Assembly (NCBI GenBank): GCA_002633005.1 | Contig: NMRA01000150.1 | Coordinates: 326,434-390,433 of the forward strand | DNA from: Phoronis australis | Taxonomy: Eukaryota > Animalia > Phoronida | DNA length: 64,000 nucleotides | Direction of reading: 5' to 3' | In this document: positions 39,220-50,710 of the stretch, piece after piece | Layout: the number at the start of each line of letters is the position of its first letter | Position numbering within the stretch: the stretch's first letter is position 1 | The notes under the pieces: generated by a model | What the model was told of the DNA's origin: nothing | The model's database searches: none | Seen by the model: the letters and a program-made list of their open reading frames with translations, nothing else | Made by a program: the position numbers and the translations under genes

Positions 39220-40250
39220 TGATAGTACAATTCTTGTCACTACAGAACACAACACAATAGTAGCACAAGTCATGTCACTACAGAACACAACACACTGATA
39301 GCACAAGTCATGTCACTACAGAACACAACACACTGATAGCACAAGTCATATCACTACAGAACACAACACAATAGTAGCACAAGTCATATCACTACAGAAC
39401 ACAACACACTGATAGCACAAGTCATATCACTACAGAACACAACACACTGATAGCACAAGTCATGTCACTACAGAACACAACACACTGATAGCACAAGTCA
39501 TGTCACTACAGAACACAACACACTGATAGCACAAGTCATGTCACTACAGAACACAACACACTGATAGCACAAGTCATGTCACTACAGAACACAACACACT
39601 GATAGCACAAGTCATGTCACTACAGAACACAACACACTGATAGCACAAGTCATGTCACTACAGAACACAACACACTGATAGCACAAGTCATGTCACTACA
39701 GAACACAACACACTGATAGCACAAGTCATGTCACTACAGAACACAACACACTGATAGCACAAGTCATGTCACTACAGAACACAACACACTGATAGCACAA
39801 GTCATGTCACTACAGAACACAACACACTGATAGCACAAGTCATGTCACTACAGAACACAACACACTGATAGCACAAGTCATGTCACTACAGAACACAACA
39901 CACTGATAGCACAAGTCATATCACTACAGAACACAACACACTGGTAGCACAAGTCATATCACTACAGAACACAACACACTGATAGCACAAGTCATATCAC
40001 TACAGAACACAACACACTGATTGCACAATTCTTGTCGATAGCACAATTCTTGTCACTACAGAACACAACTCACTCATAGCACAGTTCTTGTCACTACAGA
40101 ACACAACTCACTCATAGTACAATTCATGTCACTACAGAACACAACACACTGATAGCACAATTCTTGTCACTACAGAACACACCTCACTCATAGCGCAGTT
40201 CTTGTCACTACAGAACAAAACACACTGATAGTACAATTCACGTCACTACA
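39220..40250. repeat. 38-bp minisatellite, ~27 copies
   Basis: Unit GATAGCACAAGTCATGTCACTACAGAACACAACACACT; homogeneous core and diverged edges. Confidence 0.97.
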
Positions 40251-40297
40251 ATTATTAATGTGTTCTCTTTCCTCCATCCTGTTTTTCATTGTTTCAG

Positions 40298-40311
40298 GCC
40301 TCAGTAAATGA
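40298..40311 (+). CDS. CTTNBP2: Candidate alternative terminal exon A of CTTNBP2 (GLSK*), 3' UTR to ~42290
   Basis: Long polypyrimidine tract plus CAG (40261-40297); phase-1 compatible; AATAAA at 42264 followed by GT-rich sequence. Confidence 0.5.
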
Positions 40312-42849
40312 CGTTGTAAGTTGCTTGCATGTCAACATTTCCTTATTCTGCTACAGTTCTACTTGGATGGGCACTTGTGTTTGTCTGTTGATCCTCTAGG
40401 GGGCGTGCTGTTGACATGGGCCTATGACCAGCAGCTCTTCATACGCATCAGTCTCAAACTACTAGTAGTCTCTCACCAGGTGGAGCTTTCAAATTGCAAT
40501 GTGCAATCATCCTGTCAAAAAGTTACACATATGTTGCTGTTTTTCCAAAATGGCTGCTTGAAAATGACTTAACATGTCGGTGGAATGCAAAATGAATGGG
40601 ACATTACATCTTTTTATTTAAAAATGGCTTCCGTAAGTGATACTGCCTGCTTGGTGTGTAGGAGACTATAGAGATGTCTTCTGACATCATGGAAATGAAT
40701 GTTTCATGAAAACTACTTTCTGCTCTAAAGTTGGTCTCTTCTTGTGTGTATTACTCATATGAGAAATTATGTCTGGAATCGTATTGAATTTGAATCTAGA
40801 AAAGTTATGGACAGGCCATTGTTATGTCACTACAGAAACTGTACTAAGTCGAAGCTATCTGAGTTTGGCTGGATCCATCTATTGGGGATGTGTATGTAGT
40901 CCTGCTCATAGTCAGAGGCACCGGGAGGGCCATCTTGTGTTGGCTGAGGTAGTCACTATGTTGTTATCTCCCCTGTCTGTAGCAAGTATGGACCTATGTT
41001 AGAGGCTTGTGCTATTTTGTGCTGTTATGTCCGTCTTTGTTCCAACTGTTGGGTTTAGTTGTTGAATGTTACAACCTCATGTCAAAGACACTACTAACAA
41101 AGCTTAGACACAGCTAGAATGGTTTTTCAATTTTGGTGGAATGGTTAAAATCTGCCAAACTTAATATTATTATGAGCAGTTAATGCCATAACATGATGCT
41201 GAACGTGGACCTTATTTTGTATTGCGTCCATCACAAACAGGTGTAATGTGTAATTAATGTACAGTAGTGCTGACCAGTTATGAATGAGATGTTTGCATGA
41301 TAATGCTACTGTTTAGCACAGTTGTGCTGTCTTACTGTCTCTTGGCAATACTGATTCCCTCATTTGTTGTGTTCAATGGTATTTGTCCACCTTGTGATAT
41401 ATGGCTATCTAGTCTATCCCTTTCTTCACAAGTGCGGGCACATTTCACCATTCTTCAAAATATTGTATCCACGGTGATTGTATTTGACTGGTCTCATGAC
41501 AGTTTCTTTTCTTTCTGTCTCCAGTTTTGTTCCTAAATGGAGCTGACATTCTGTAGGTTAATTATGCTTTTTGGCACAGCTTCCAACTGATATAGCTGCA
41601 GTTGGAGATTGCATCTGCAAGGGCCACGCTACACATTTTGCCACTTACAGATTTCTTGCTCCATTTTAAGATACCATCTCTGGCATGATAACCGTGGTTC
41701 ACAACTTTTTTACACGGGTTGCTTTTTTGTTTCAATTTTGACTACTAATCTGTTGGCATGACAACTGCAACTGTTGTTTGATGACAAGGCAGCTACAGGG
41801 CAGGGTATTACACTTGAGCATCCTGTGGCTCCACCTGGTGGTATACACTTAACAGTGAACATGAACACTAGGATCAGGAAGACTGATTGTTATCAGTACC
41901 TGTATGTACCGAGTCTTCTATTGTTCATATTGAGCAGGTGCCATTTTTCTCTCCACACATTTAATTTTTGCTTTGAAACTCTTTCTCTCACTTTCAAGAC
42001 TTAACTTTTGAATTGTGTCTGTCTACTGAACATACATGTTTATTTCAAAACATATTCATGTTGGCCCATTTTTCATTTTTATAAGATTTCTTGATTGAGC
42101 ACCACCTATTGGTCATCCATTGAAGTGCATATCCACCTGTTAGGTGTAGTTGTAATGAAGACTGTAAGCAGTAATACAGCAGCTGTGTTGTTACTCTGGT
42201 CTGACACATGTGTTCTATAGCAGCTGAATATAACACCTAATATGGCCCTATCTAGTATGTCCAAATAAAAATGAAACTCATTGTTATTACTATCAACGTG
42301 TATGACTGTATCTTGTGTTCTTCAGTTTATTGACATGTCCACAAGCAGGACAAGTCACCTTGCATATTGACATCATTAAATGTTGGAATTTAAAAACTAC
42401 TAATGCGCTAATTAGTTACACCTTTCTCGTTTAGTGTTTTATTTCTACTTGGTACTGTTGACCGCTAATGGCATGATTATTCTCTTGGTTTTTGTCCTTT
42501 GAAATTGTCGCCGTGAAAATACTTAACTATTGCTTTAAGAATGAATAACTGTTTAAAGTCATGCATGTGATTTATTAAGTTACATTAAACATTTAAAAGT
42601 TATGCTGGTAAGCTCCAGTTTCACAAAACAGTCGGCCATCTTAGTTTTCAGAGTCGTGTTTGTGAGCCCTTGTGCCGTTATAAATGAACAATTTATCTTT
42701 TAGGTGGTTATATCATCCTTTTTATCTTTTACGTGACTTTCATTTTTTATCAGAACCCATGTGAAGTGTTTGAAAGTAAAAGTTGTAACAATCTGGGTTG
42801 TTGTCATAATAGTTGTTCACCGTATAATCTTATCATTTTATTGTTGTAG

Positions 42850-43132
42850 GTGAAAGTGGCTCAAAAGATGTAAATAGTCAACTGGCTGCAGCCACACTCA
42901 TCTGTCATTTGTCATCCATTGGTAGTCTAGAACATTTACAACGAATCATCACAACTCATCCCAACATACCTATCAACCAACCAATCAACGGTCAGACAGC
43001 TGTTCACTGCGCGTCTAAGACGGGACATACCCACTGCCTACAACTACTGTTACAGTACGGAGCTGAGGCGGACACAGTCTCTCATGAAGGATTCACTGCA
43101 TTACAATATGCAGCTCAAGCTGGACATGCTGA
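42850..43132 (+). CDS. CTTNBP2: CTTNBP2 ankyrin exon (GESGSKDV...NGQTAVHCASKTGHTHCLQLLLQYGA...GFTALQYAAQAGHAE)
   Basis: Ankyrin consensus G.T.[LV]H.A...GH...L..LL..GA; phase 1 to 2. Confidence 0.9.
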
Positions 43133-43300
43133 GTATGGGGCTGTCATTACGGGCTGTTAAGCCAGTCAGTGTATAGTGGAGTGTAGGACATGCTCAGTAT
43201 GGGGCCATCATTACCTGCTGTTAAGCTAGTCAGTGTATAGTGGAGTGCAGGACATGCTGAGTTTGGGACTATCATTTTTTGCTGTTTAGCCAGTCGGTGC
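43122..43300. repeat. 64-bp tandem repeat, ~3 copies, overlapping an exon end and donor
   Basis: GGACATGCT.AGT.TGGG starts at 43122, 43186 and 43250. Confidence 0.85.
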
Positions 43301-43731
43301 ATACTCAAGTCTTCTACACTTGAGTCTGGTTTTTGATTTCATTAGTAGCAAAAGTGAATATGAATTATTTTCAATTTTCAATTATGTGGTTTCCGTCTTG
43401 TCAAGAAAATCAATTATTCCACCAAATCGGGCATTTGATAGTCATGGCCAGAAGGGTGATTATGGTGAAAGAGTTGTTATCAAGTGTTTATTGTAAATGA
43501 CTACAGCCCACATAGTTCACACGTGATCACAGTTTAGAATGATCATGAAGCAACGTATTTGTAAACGTGTTGCATTTCTCTTACAAATGATTGTTTTTTG
43601 AAATATTCACCCATGTGGTCAGTGTGGTCAGTACACTGTGATAATGTAATCATTCATGTGAAGACATTAAAAGACTAATGATCTGATGTATGTAATTAGT
43701 GAATTATTATGACACGTCTATTCTTTGCCAG

Positions 43732-43882
43732 ATGTGTCCAGGTGTTACTACATCATGGCTGTGATGTCCAGAACACAGACATGAGTGGTCGAACTGCGCT
43801 GTACTTGGCTGGACAAGCAGGACATAGTGAGGTGTGTAAGGTGCTTCTACAGCATGGCAGCCGACTTGACATTAAGACACAG
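43732..43882 (+). CDS. CTTNBP2: CTTNBP2 ankyrin exon (CVQVLLHHGCDV...GRTALYLAGQAGHSEVCKVLLQHGS...KTQ)
   Basis: Ankyrin repeat; phase 2 to 0. Confidence 0.92.
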
Positions 43883-44240
43883 GTGAGAGGTGTAGAGTGC
43901 AGGTGGGAGTAGTCAGTGTGTCTGCTGACTGATTGACATGTGATCTGTTGCAGCCTGCCAATGGCTGACCAATAAATGAAAGGAGGCAGGGTTGTTTTTG
44001 TGTTGGGTTACTGATTAACAAGTGATCCGTTGTCTGCCAATAGCTGAGCAGTGAATGAGTGGAGGCAGGATTGCCTGTGTGTTAGGTCACTGGCTCATCA
44101 TCATTAAAGGTCAAATGTAGTGTGGTTCATCATCGTAACCTTGTCCATGTGTTGTATTCTCCGTGTTCTTCATTACTTGAACAGTTTTACTTTATTGCTG
44201 CCTGTGTCAACAATACTTACCTGTGCTTGTTTCCCCGCAG

Positions 44241-44420
44241 GCTGGCTGGACCCCTGTGCATGCCACTGTTCAAGCGGGTCACATCCAGTGTACCCAACTA
44301 CTGTTGACTTACACACCTGCACACTTACACACATCCTTGGCTGCTGCTTCTGCTGTGGCCAAGATGGCTGACAAAGATGGCTGGACTATAGCACACCTAG
44401 CTGCCATTAGAGACAGTGAG
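44241..44420 (+). CDS. CTTNBP2: CTTNBP2 ankyrin exon (AGWTPVHATVQAGH...DKDGWTIAHLAAIRDSE)
   Basis: GWTPVH and DGWT.AH.AA motifs as in CTTNBP2; 180 bp, phase 0 to 0. Confidence 0.92.
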
Positions 44421-44586
44421 GTGACATATTCTGCTCGTTCTTGTCATGAGGAACAGAACAGTTAACGTAATGTAATAAATACCCCCTCTTGTACACAAAT
44501 CTTCGCCATCAGATTTTAAACCAACTCTGTACAAATAAGACTATGTATATTTCTGGGTTCCATTTAAATGATGATAATATTATATT

Positions 44587-44865
44587 AAGATCCCTTTTGG
44601 AACTGAAAAGCCATACCGTGTGGTTGTCATAATACAGCCATTTCATCCATATCTCACTGACTTGTTTCACCACCAGGTGCGCCCTCTTTGGATGTGGAAT
44701 GAAACAATGAAAACTTTTGAGAATCCCCCATGTCTGTATTTATTGTTTTATTCCACAACGAAAGAGGGCGGACCTCGTGGTGAACTAGGTGCGTGAGATA
44801 TGGACGAAACGGCTGTACATCGACGACCTCAAGGTGCAGCTTTTCAATTCGAAAAAGGGATTTTT
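44587..44865. mobile_element. Fold-back (long palindromic) MITE
   Basis: About 125-bp imperfect inverted arms, e.g. TCCATATCTCAC/GTGAGATATGGA, CGCCCTCTTT/AAAGAGGGCG, TGTGGAAT/ATTCCACA. Confidence 0.75.
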
Positions 44866-45087
44866 ATTTAATAGTATATTTGTACAAATGATGATGAGAA
44901 TGCAAACTATAGTGTTTTGTTTGTAGCTGGAAATGATTTCGACTTGGAACAAATCTTCCAGGCCTCCTTCTTTTGTGTGACTTAAAACAACTGGCTTAAA
45001 TTTTGTTTATTCTGACCTCATAATAATTCTATGTTTATAGCCTCAGTATCGTTCTCACTGTTCATAGTTCTTACTCCCTTCACCCAG

Positions 45088-45205
45088 GACTGCCTCAGAC
45101 TCGTCTTGGACCTCTGTGACCCAGATCTGCAACTGGAAGACAAGTGGGGCAGGAATGTCCAACAGGTGGCGTCTTTACGCTGCAGACAGCTCATTGAAAG
45201 TAGAG
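45088..45205 (+). CDS. CTTNBP2: CTTNBP2 exon (DCLRLVLDLCDPDLQLEDKWGRNVQQVASLRCRQLIESR)
   Basis: Last, degenerate ankyrin repeat; phase 0 to 1. Confidence 0.88.
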
Positions 45206-45210
45206 GTAAT

Positions 45211-45560
45211 GTAGTGTCTGTAGTGTTCAGTTATTGATGACATGTCTCACTTACAGTAGTGTCTAGTGTTCAGTTATTGATGACATGTCTCACTTACAGT
45301 AGTGTCTAGTGTTCAGTCATTGATGACATGTCTCACGTACAGTAGTGTCTGTAGTGTTCAGTTATTGATGACATGTCTCACTTACAGTAGTGTCTGTAGT
45401 GTTCAGTTATTGATGACATGTCTCACTTACAGTAGTGTCTGTAGTGTTCAGTTATTGATGACATGTCTCACTTACAGTAGTGTTTAGTGTTCAGTCATTG
45501 ATGACATGTCTCACGTACAGTAGTGTCTGTAGTGTTCAGTTTTTGATGACATGTCTCACT
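45211..45560. repeat. 45-bp minisatellite, ~8 copies
   Basis: Unit GTAGTGTCTGTAGTGTTCAGTTATTGATGACATGTCTCACTTACA. Confidence 0.95.
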
Positions 45561-45917
45561 ACAACCGAGCCGAACATGGTGTGAGCTAGAGGAGCTTGAG
45601 TGGTTGAACTCATTTATTTAACTGTTTGTAGTTGCTAGGCGGTAGTTTTATCCATTATTTGAGTTGTGCATGTTTGTGTATTACAATTACCATTGAATGT
45701 GTCAGTGAAGAGCTGACGTTTATTTGGCAGTTAAAAATGTTGTTGTGCTCTTCAGCTGTTGTAAATTATGTAACTGTATGAAATGGTCCAACAGGTGTAG
45801 AGAAGGATGGTGCAAGTACTTCTGATGGCATGACTGAAATGAGATTCACATTAACTGAGCAAACTCTGTAAGGTCATCTACGGCAGACCTGTGTTCATGT
45901 GCGAGCTTGTTTTGCAG

Positions 45918-46190
45918 AAAACAAGAGTGAGAAAAACTGCGCAGTCGTTATTGATGTTGAACCGCAGGTGGCACTGAGCTGCAAGAATGCCGAGTCGTCA
46001 TACAATGTTGGCCGACTGGTTGTCTCTGATACCACAACATGGGCAGAGCTGGAGGAGAGCCTGGATCACATGATCACTAGTCACTTGGAGGATATTGGGC
46101 GGGGCTTAGAGATGATGGATAGTACCAAAGCTGATGGCCAGGGCTACTCTCTTGGACTGTCATTGGACAGTGTCAAGCATTATTCTATTG
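45918..46190 (+). CDS. CTTNBP2: CTTNBP2 exon (ENKSEKNCAVVIDV...TTWAELEESL...SLGLSLDSVKHYSI)
   Basis: T.W..L and LGL...S...Y.IG motifs shared by CTTNBP2/navigator C-terminal regions; phase 1 to 1. Confidence 0.88.
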
Positions 46191-46809
46191 GTGAGTGGGT
46201 CTAATGCGACAGGGTTCTTGTGAGTTGTGTTTGTATTTATTGGCACATAATTTTAGTTAATGCAAGTTTTGTGTGAAATTCTAATCACTGAGTGACTGCA
46301 AACATCTTCATCTCCTCATGTGTGCCCTTCGTAAGCTCTGTGGAGACTTACCTGACATTTACAACCATCCCAAAAGGTCCAAGTGTTCATAGTATCTAAT
46401 AGACAGCTAATTGCAATGTGTGCAGTTGCTTGCCTGCTCTACTCTCATCTCAATGTTATATTTACTACATAACCTGTTCAGTGAACCTGGTCAGCGAACC
46501 TGTTCAGCGAACTTGTTTAGCGAACTTGTTCAGCGAACCTGTTCAGCGAACCTGTTCAGTGCTGACTGCCATTATGTTTGACTGATATCTTCAATTCCCA
46601 TTTGTAGTGTCTTCTTTTAGCTGTAATTGACTGATGCTCTTTTTTTGGTTTTTACAAACCTTTTTTATCTGTTTTGTTGGATGAAGAGGGATTCCTAATG
46701 TTAACAGTTTACACACTTGAACACATTGCAGTATGGTGCAGTGCAGTGCTATATGGTGTCACCGCATGACATGTTGTTTGTCACTCCTCTTTTTTGTCTC
46801 TTACTATAG

Positions 46810-46901
46810 GTAGTGTCTGTTGGAAGCCTAAACAAAGTAAGAGACCCCCACCCCGTCGCGCGCTGTACACCACCTGTTGTGTGTCTCTTGCTTGCTATTG
46901 A
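46810..46901 (+). CDS. CTTNBP2: Candidate alternative terminal exon B of CTTNBP2 (GSVCWKPKQSKRPPPRRALYTTCCVSLACY*)
   Basis: Strong pyrimidine tract plus TAG acceptor at 46809; phase-1 compatible; stop at 46899-46901; AATAAA at 47503. Confidence 0.5.
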
Positions 46902-47756
46902 TGCTTTATTACACAGCCATGTTGTTCCAGTCAGTCTTGCCCTCTTCACAAAATCTCATAGTAGGCTCAAACTTTGGCTACAAAATTGTCCAATGGTTTT
47001 GTTCATTTCAAGTCAAATCAGTTGTGTCTTCCATCCTTTACTTTTGTCTGTGAAGATTCATAGGCTTGTAAACTCTGTGTCTGGACATAACCATTATGGC
47101 GTCAACCGGCGCATTAAATGTTTTAAAGGAATTATTGTCACGAAAATTGAGAAGTTGCATGGTTGTCCAGCTATGATTGGTGCTAATCAGTCAAAGGGGC
47201 GTATGCCTGGTGCTTGTTCCCCTCTGTGTATACTGTTATGCATGCTGACAACCTGTCAATCAACAGTTAATATGAGGAGTCAAACTAATGGTGAATATTA
47301 CAGTGAACATACTGTGGCAATATGCAGCTGTACACCGATTCACTAACAGTCTCGCACTCTTTAATATTGCTTTTCAACGTGTTCAATGACTGAATATGCT
47401 TACACTCTTTAGTGGTTATGGGATCTACTATTGTGTCTACAGTGTTACTAGTATTTGTTGTCTATACCAAGTATGCATCGAGTGCACTGTCCTCAACTTT
47501 GTAATAAAAATTACTAAGTAAGTACAAACTAAAAGTTGAATATTATAAGTTGATAGTGTTTATGAATGCGGGTCCATTACAATTCAATAAGCTTAATTAT
47601 TATTGTAATATTGTGTAGCACTGTTTTTTTAATTTTAAGCTCCTTATAATTCATTAATGTATACACATATGTCATGACGGACTGCATTGTGACCACATGA
47701 CTGCCTCGTGACCTCATGGCTGCTTTTTTGTATAACAATACCTTTTGCACCAACAG

Positions 47757-47852
47757 GTCTTCACACCTGGTCGCCAGGGACACCGTCCAGTCATAGTCCA
47801 TTCGAGATATTGGCCAATAATGACCAGAGACAGATCCACGTCACATTATTTG
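47757..47852 (+). CDS. CTTNBP2: CTTNBP2 exon (GLHTWSPGTPSSHSPFEILANNDQRQIHVTLF)
   Basis: caacag/gtgagt boundaries; phase 1 to 1; resembles the G..W....SP.......I.V.L.G segment of CTTNBP2. Confidence 0.85.
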
Positions 47853-47889
47853 GTGAGTAGAACCAGGAACATCTGTCTGTGAACTTATC

Positions 47890-48370
47890 CGGTACATGGC
47901 TAGCTGTGGTTCAGGTAGCCTGGTACATAGCTAGCTGTAGCTTAAGTAGTCTGGTACATAGCTAGCTGTGGTTCAAATAACCTGCTGCTTAGCTAGGTGT
48001 AGTTTAAGTAGCCTGGTGCATAGCTAGCTATGGTTCAAATAGCCTGGTGCATAACTAGCTGTGATTCAAGTAACCTGGTGCCTAGCTAGGTGTGTTTCAA
48101 GTAGCCTGGTACATAGCTAGCTGTGGTTTAAGTAGCCTGGTGCATAGCTAGCTGTGGTTTAAGAAGACTGGTAAATAGCTAGCTATGGTTCAGGTAGCCT
48201 GGTGCATTGCTGGCTGTGGTTCATGTAGTCTGTTGCATGCATAGCTACGGTTCAAGTAGCCTGCTGCATAGCTAGGTGTAGTTTAAGTAGCCTGGTGCAT
48301 AGCAAGCTATGGTTCAAGTAGCCTGGTGCATGGCTAGCTGTGGTTCAAGTAGCCTGGTACATGCCTAGCT
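47890..48370. repeat. 31-bp minisatellite, ~15 copies
   Basis: Unit TAGCCTGGTGCATAGCTAGCTGTGGTTCAAG. Confidence 0.92.
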
Positions 48371-48645
48371 GCTGTATTCCTTGTGCTGCGGCTGAAAAGG
48401 ATTCTTCCGGTCGGCCCATTTTATCAAAAACAAGGTTCATTAATTTTGTAAAGATATTGCTTCCACATGGCATCTTTTTACTGGATATCACTTGGTGTTT
48501 GTGAGCACACTTTGGCATGCAGCATTGATATTACTTGATGTGTGAGCACACTTTGTTTAGTTGTTGGTTGATTTCCATGTTATATTACTTGATGTGTGAG
48601 CACACTTTGTTTAGTTGTTGGTTGATTTCCATGTTATATTTTCAG

Positions 48646-48725
48646 GATGGGATGATCAGTGTCAGGACTCACTAGCTTATGAAACTCTGATATCCTCCAA
48701 CACTCTACAAGGCTACATCAGAGTG
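48646..48725 (+). CDS. CTTNBP2: CTTNBP2 exon (GWDDQCQDSLAYETLISSNTLQGYIRV)
   Basis: DSLA[YF]ETLI....LQ.Y motif of navigator/CTTNBP2; phase 1 to 0. Confidence 0.9.
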
Positions 48726-48768
48726 GTGAGTCTGCTTTTGTCTGTTTGTTTTTATTAATGATACATGG

Positions 48769-48782
48769 GTGTGTGTGTTCAG

Positions 48783-48824
<42 letters not shown>

Positions 48825-48875
48825 GTGTGTGTGTGTGTGTTCAGTAGTGTGTGTGTGNGTGTCCAGTAGTGTGTG
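48769..48875. repeat. (GT)n microsatellite
   Basis: Direct read. Confidence 0.95.
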
Positions 48876-48887
48876 GTGAAACACTAG

Positions 48888-50107
48888 CAGCCGATATCAC
48901 AAAGGTGGTTTAACAAAACCAGCTTTAAGACTTAAACCTGGTCTTCCTAAACCTGGTCTAATTTTAGACCTAACTTCCATTTCACCAACATGGTTTAAAA
49001 TTCTGAAAGCCTAGTTTTGTTAGACCAGGAAGAGGGTTTAGTAAAACTAGGTTTAAAGTATCCAAGCCACCCTACTGTGTCGATCTGGATTAATCCAACA
49101 CTGAAACTATTGAAGTGCTTCAGTGAAACCTTGATCATGTGGGTATACAATGGCACACACTAGTAGAATGAGTGCAAACATTTGCGAAAAGGTCTAAAAG
49201 CTATTCTCATGAGGAAAAATCTGTGCCCACCGCACATTAAAGTACATGCTCACGATTAGCTGCAACATGATAAATGCCCTAATTTATTTCTGTGTCATTT
49301 TAGTGTTTATTTTTTGCGGCCAAATTGGGGGCAAGACCCCTTCCCGGCAATATTAAATCGGGGACCAGTGGAGGTGGAACTCGGTCAGAAGAATCAGAAG
49401 ATGCTGTCTTCAGTCAAACCTGTAGCGCTTATGATGATGACGCCCTGCTCGAGCAGTCGTATTCTGAGGAGTCCAAAGGACACCCTCCAGCACGTACTGT
49501 TCTACGCATAGGCGGATCCAAGGGGTCCGGACCCCCTTTTTCCCTTGATTTTAGTGATATCAAATCTATAATTTTCAAAATTGTTGACTTGTTTCCCCCT
49601 TTTAAAAAATCCTTGACTGANNNNNNNNNNNNNNNNNNNNNNNNNNNNNNNNNNNNNNNNNNNNNNNNNNNNNNNNNNNNNNNNNNNNNNCCTTAAATAA
49701 TCCTGAATCTGCCCCTGCTACGTATGATCTCGTAAAACTGAATGTTAAAAATATTTCATTCTTCCTCTAAAACTGTCATAAATGCACATCGCAGCATCAT
49801 TCAGTTGCACTTATATCATGCAAGTCTGACATATTTTATAACAGTATTGTATTAAACCTGGTTCTGACCAAGTCTAAAAAACCTTTTTTTAAGGTCTTAA
49901 TGCAGGTCTAAGGAATATAGACCTTGTTGGTGAAATGAAAACTGACTTAGACCAGGTCTAAACTGGAGTTAAACCAGGTTTTACTAGACCAATGGTCTAA
50001 AAGTAAAATCACCTGTATGAAATGCAGATTATCTTTAAACCTGGTCCAAGTCCAGTTTAAACCAGGTTTAACTAATTTACTTTAAACCACCTTTATGAAA
50101 TCAGCTG
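48888..50107. mobile_element. Non-autonomous TIR element with 3-bp flanking duplication (PIF/Harbinger-like)
   Basis: TIRs CAGCCGATATCACAAAGGTGGTTTAA / TTAAACCACCTTTATGAAATCAGCTG; TAG on both sides; subterminal AAACCTGGT/AGACC repeats. Confidence 0.75.
49507..49717. mobile_element. MITE with 5-bp TSD nested in the 48888-50107 element
   Basis: Ends CATAGGCGGATCC / GAATCTGCCCCTG; CTACG on both sides; internal N gap. Confidence 0.65.
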
Positions 50108-50218
50108 TAGCAGTTTCCATCACTATCTGTTGTTTGTACTTGTGTATGGAGCATTGAATTACGGGAGTACACAGTGTGTGAACACCCACAAGGCACACTA
50201 TCTGTTGAATAAACCAAG

Positions 50219-50432
50219 CTGTCTCATCGCTAGTGTCATCACTAGTGTCTCATCTCCACTGTCCCATCGCTAGTGTCCCATAGCTACTGTCTCATCGCTA
50301 CTGTCTCATCACTACTGCCTCATCGCTAGTGTCCCATCGCTACTGTCGCATCGCTACTGTCGCATCGCTATTGTCTCATCGCTAGTGTCTCATCGCTAGT
50401 GTCTCATCTCCACTGTCTCATCGCTAGTGTCC
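50219..50432. repeat. 14-bp minisatellite
   Basis: Unit GTCTCATCGCTA[GC]T. Confidence 0.85.
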
Positions 50433-50523
50433 CAGACCTAGTGCCTCATCACTGTCATCTCATCTCTATAGTATCTGGTAGACCTTATGTGTTATATATC
50501 TTGATACATTTCTCTGTCAACAG

Positions 50524-50710
50524 ATTGAACAGTTCAAGTCAGTCATACTGTATGGTCACAGTGGCACCTGTAAGACATACCTGTCACAGGTACTAGCCTC
50601 ATGTGTACAGGTACGTGAGAAGGCCTGTGGTAACTCTGCCTTGGTACATGTGGTCCCACTCACACCAGACATGACTCATCAACAGCTAGCAACTATACTG
50701 CGTGATAAAG
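50524..50710 (+). CDS. CTTNBP2: CTTNBP2 P-loop exon, copy 1 (IEQFKSVILYGHSGTCKTYLSQVLA...LRDK)
   Basis: Walker A-like GHSGTCKT; phase 0 to 1; duplicated at 52462-52648 (probable haplotype duplicate). Confidence 0.8.

Noticed and set aside
39220-40250. Regular ~38-bp repeats resembling a CRISPR array
   Set aside because: Head-to-tail units with no unique spacers, no cas genes, and a eukaryotic intron context; it is a minisatellite.
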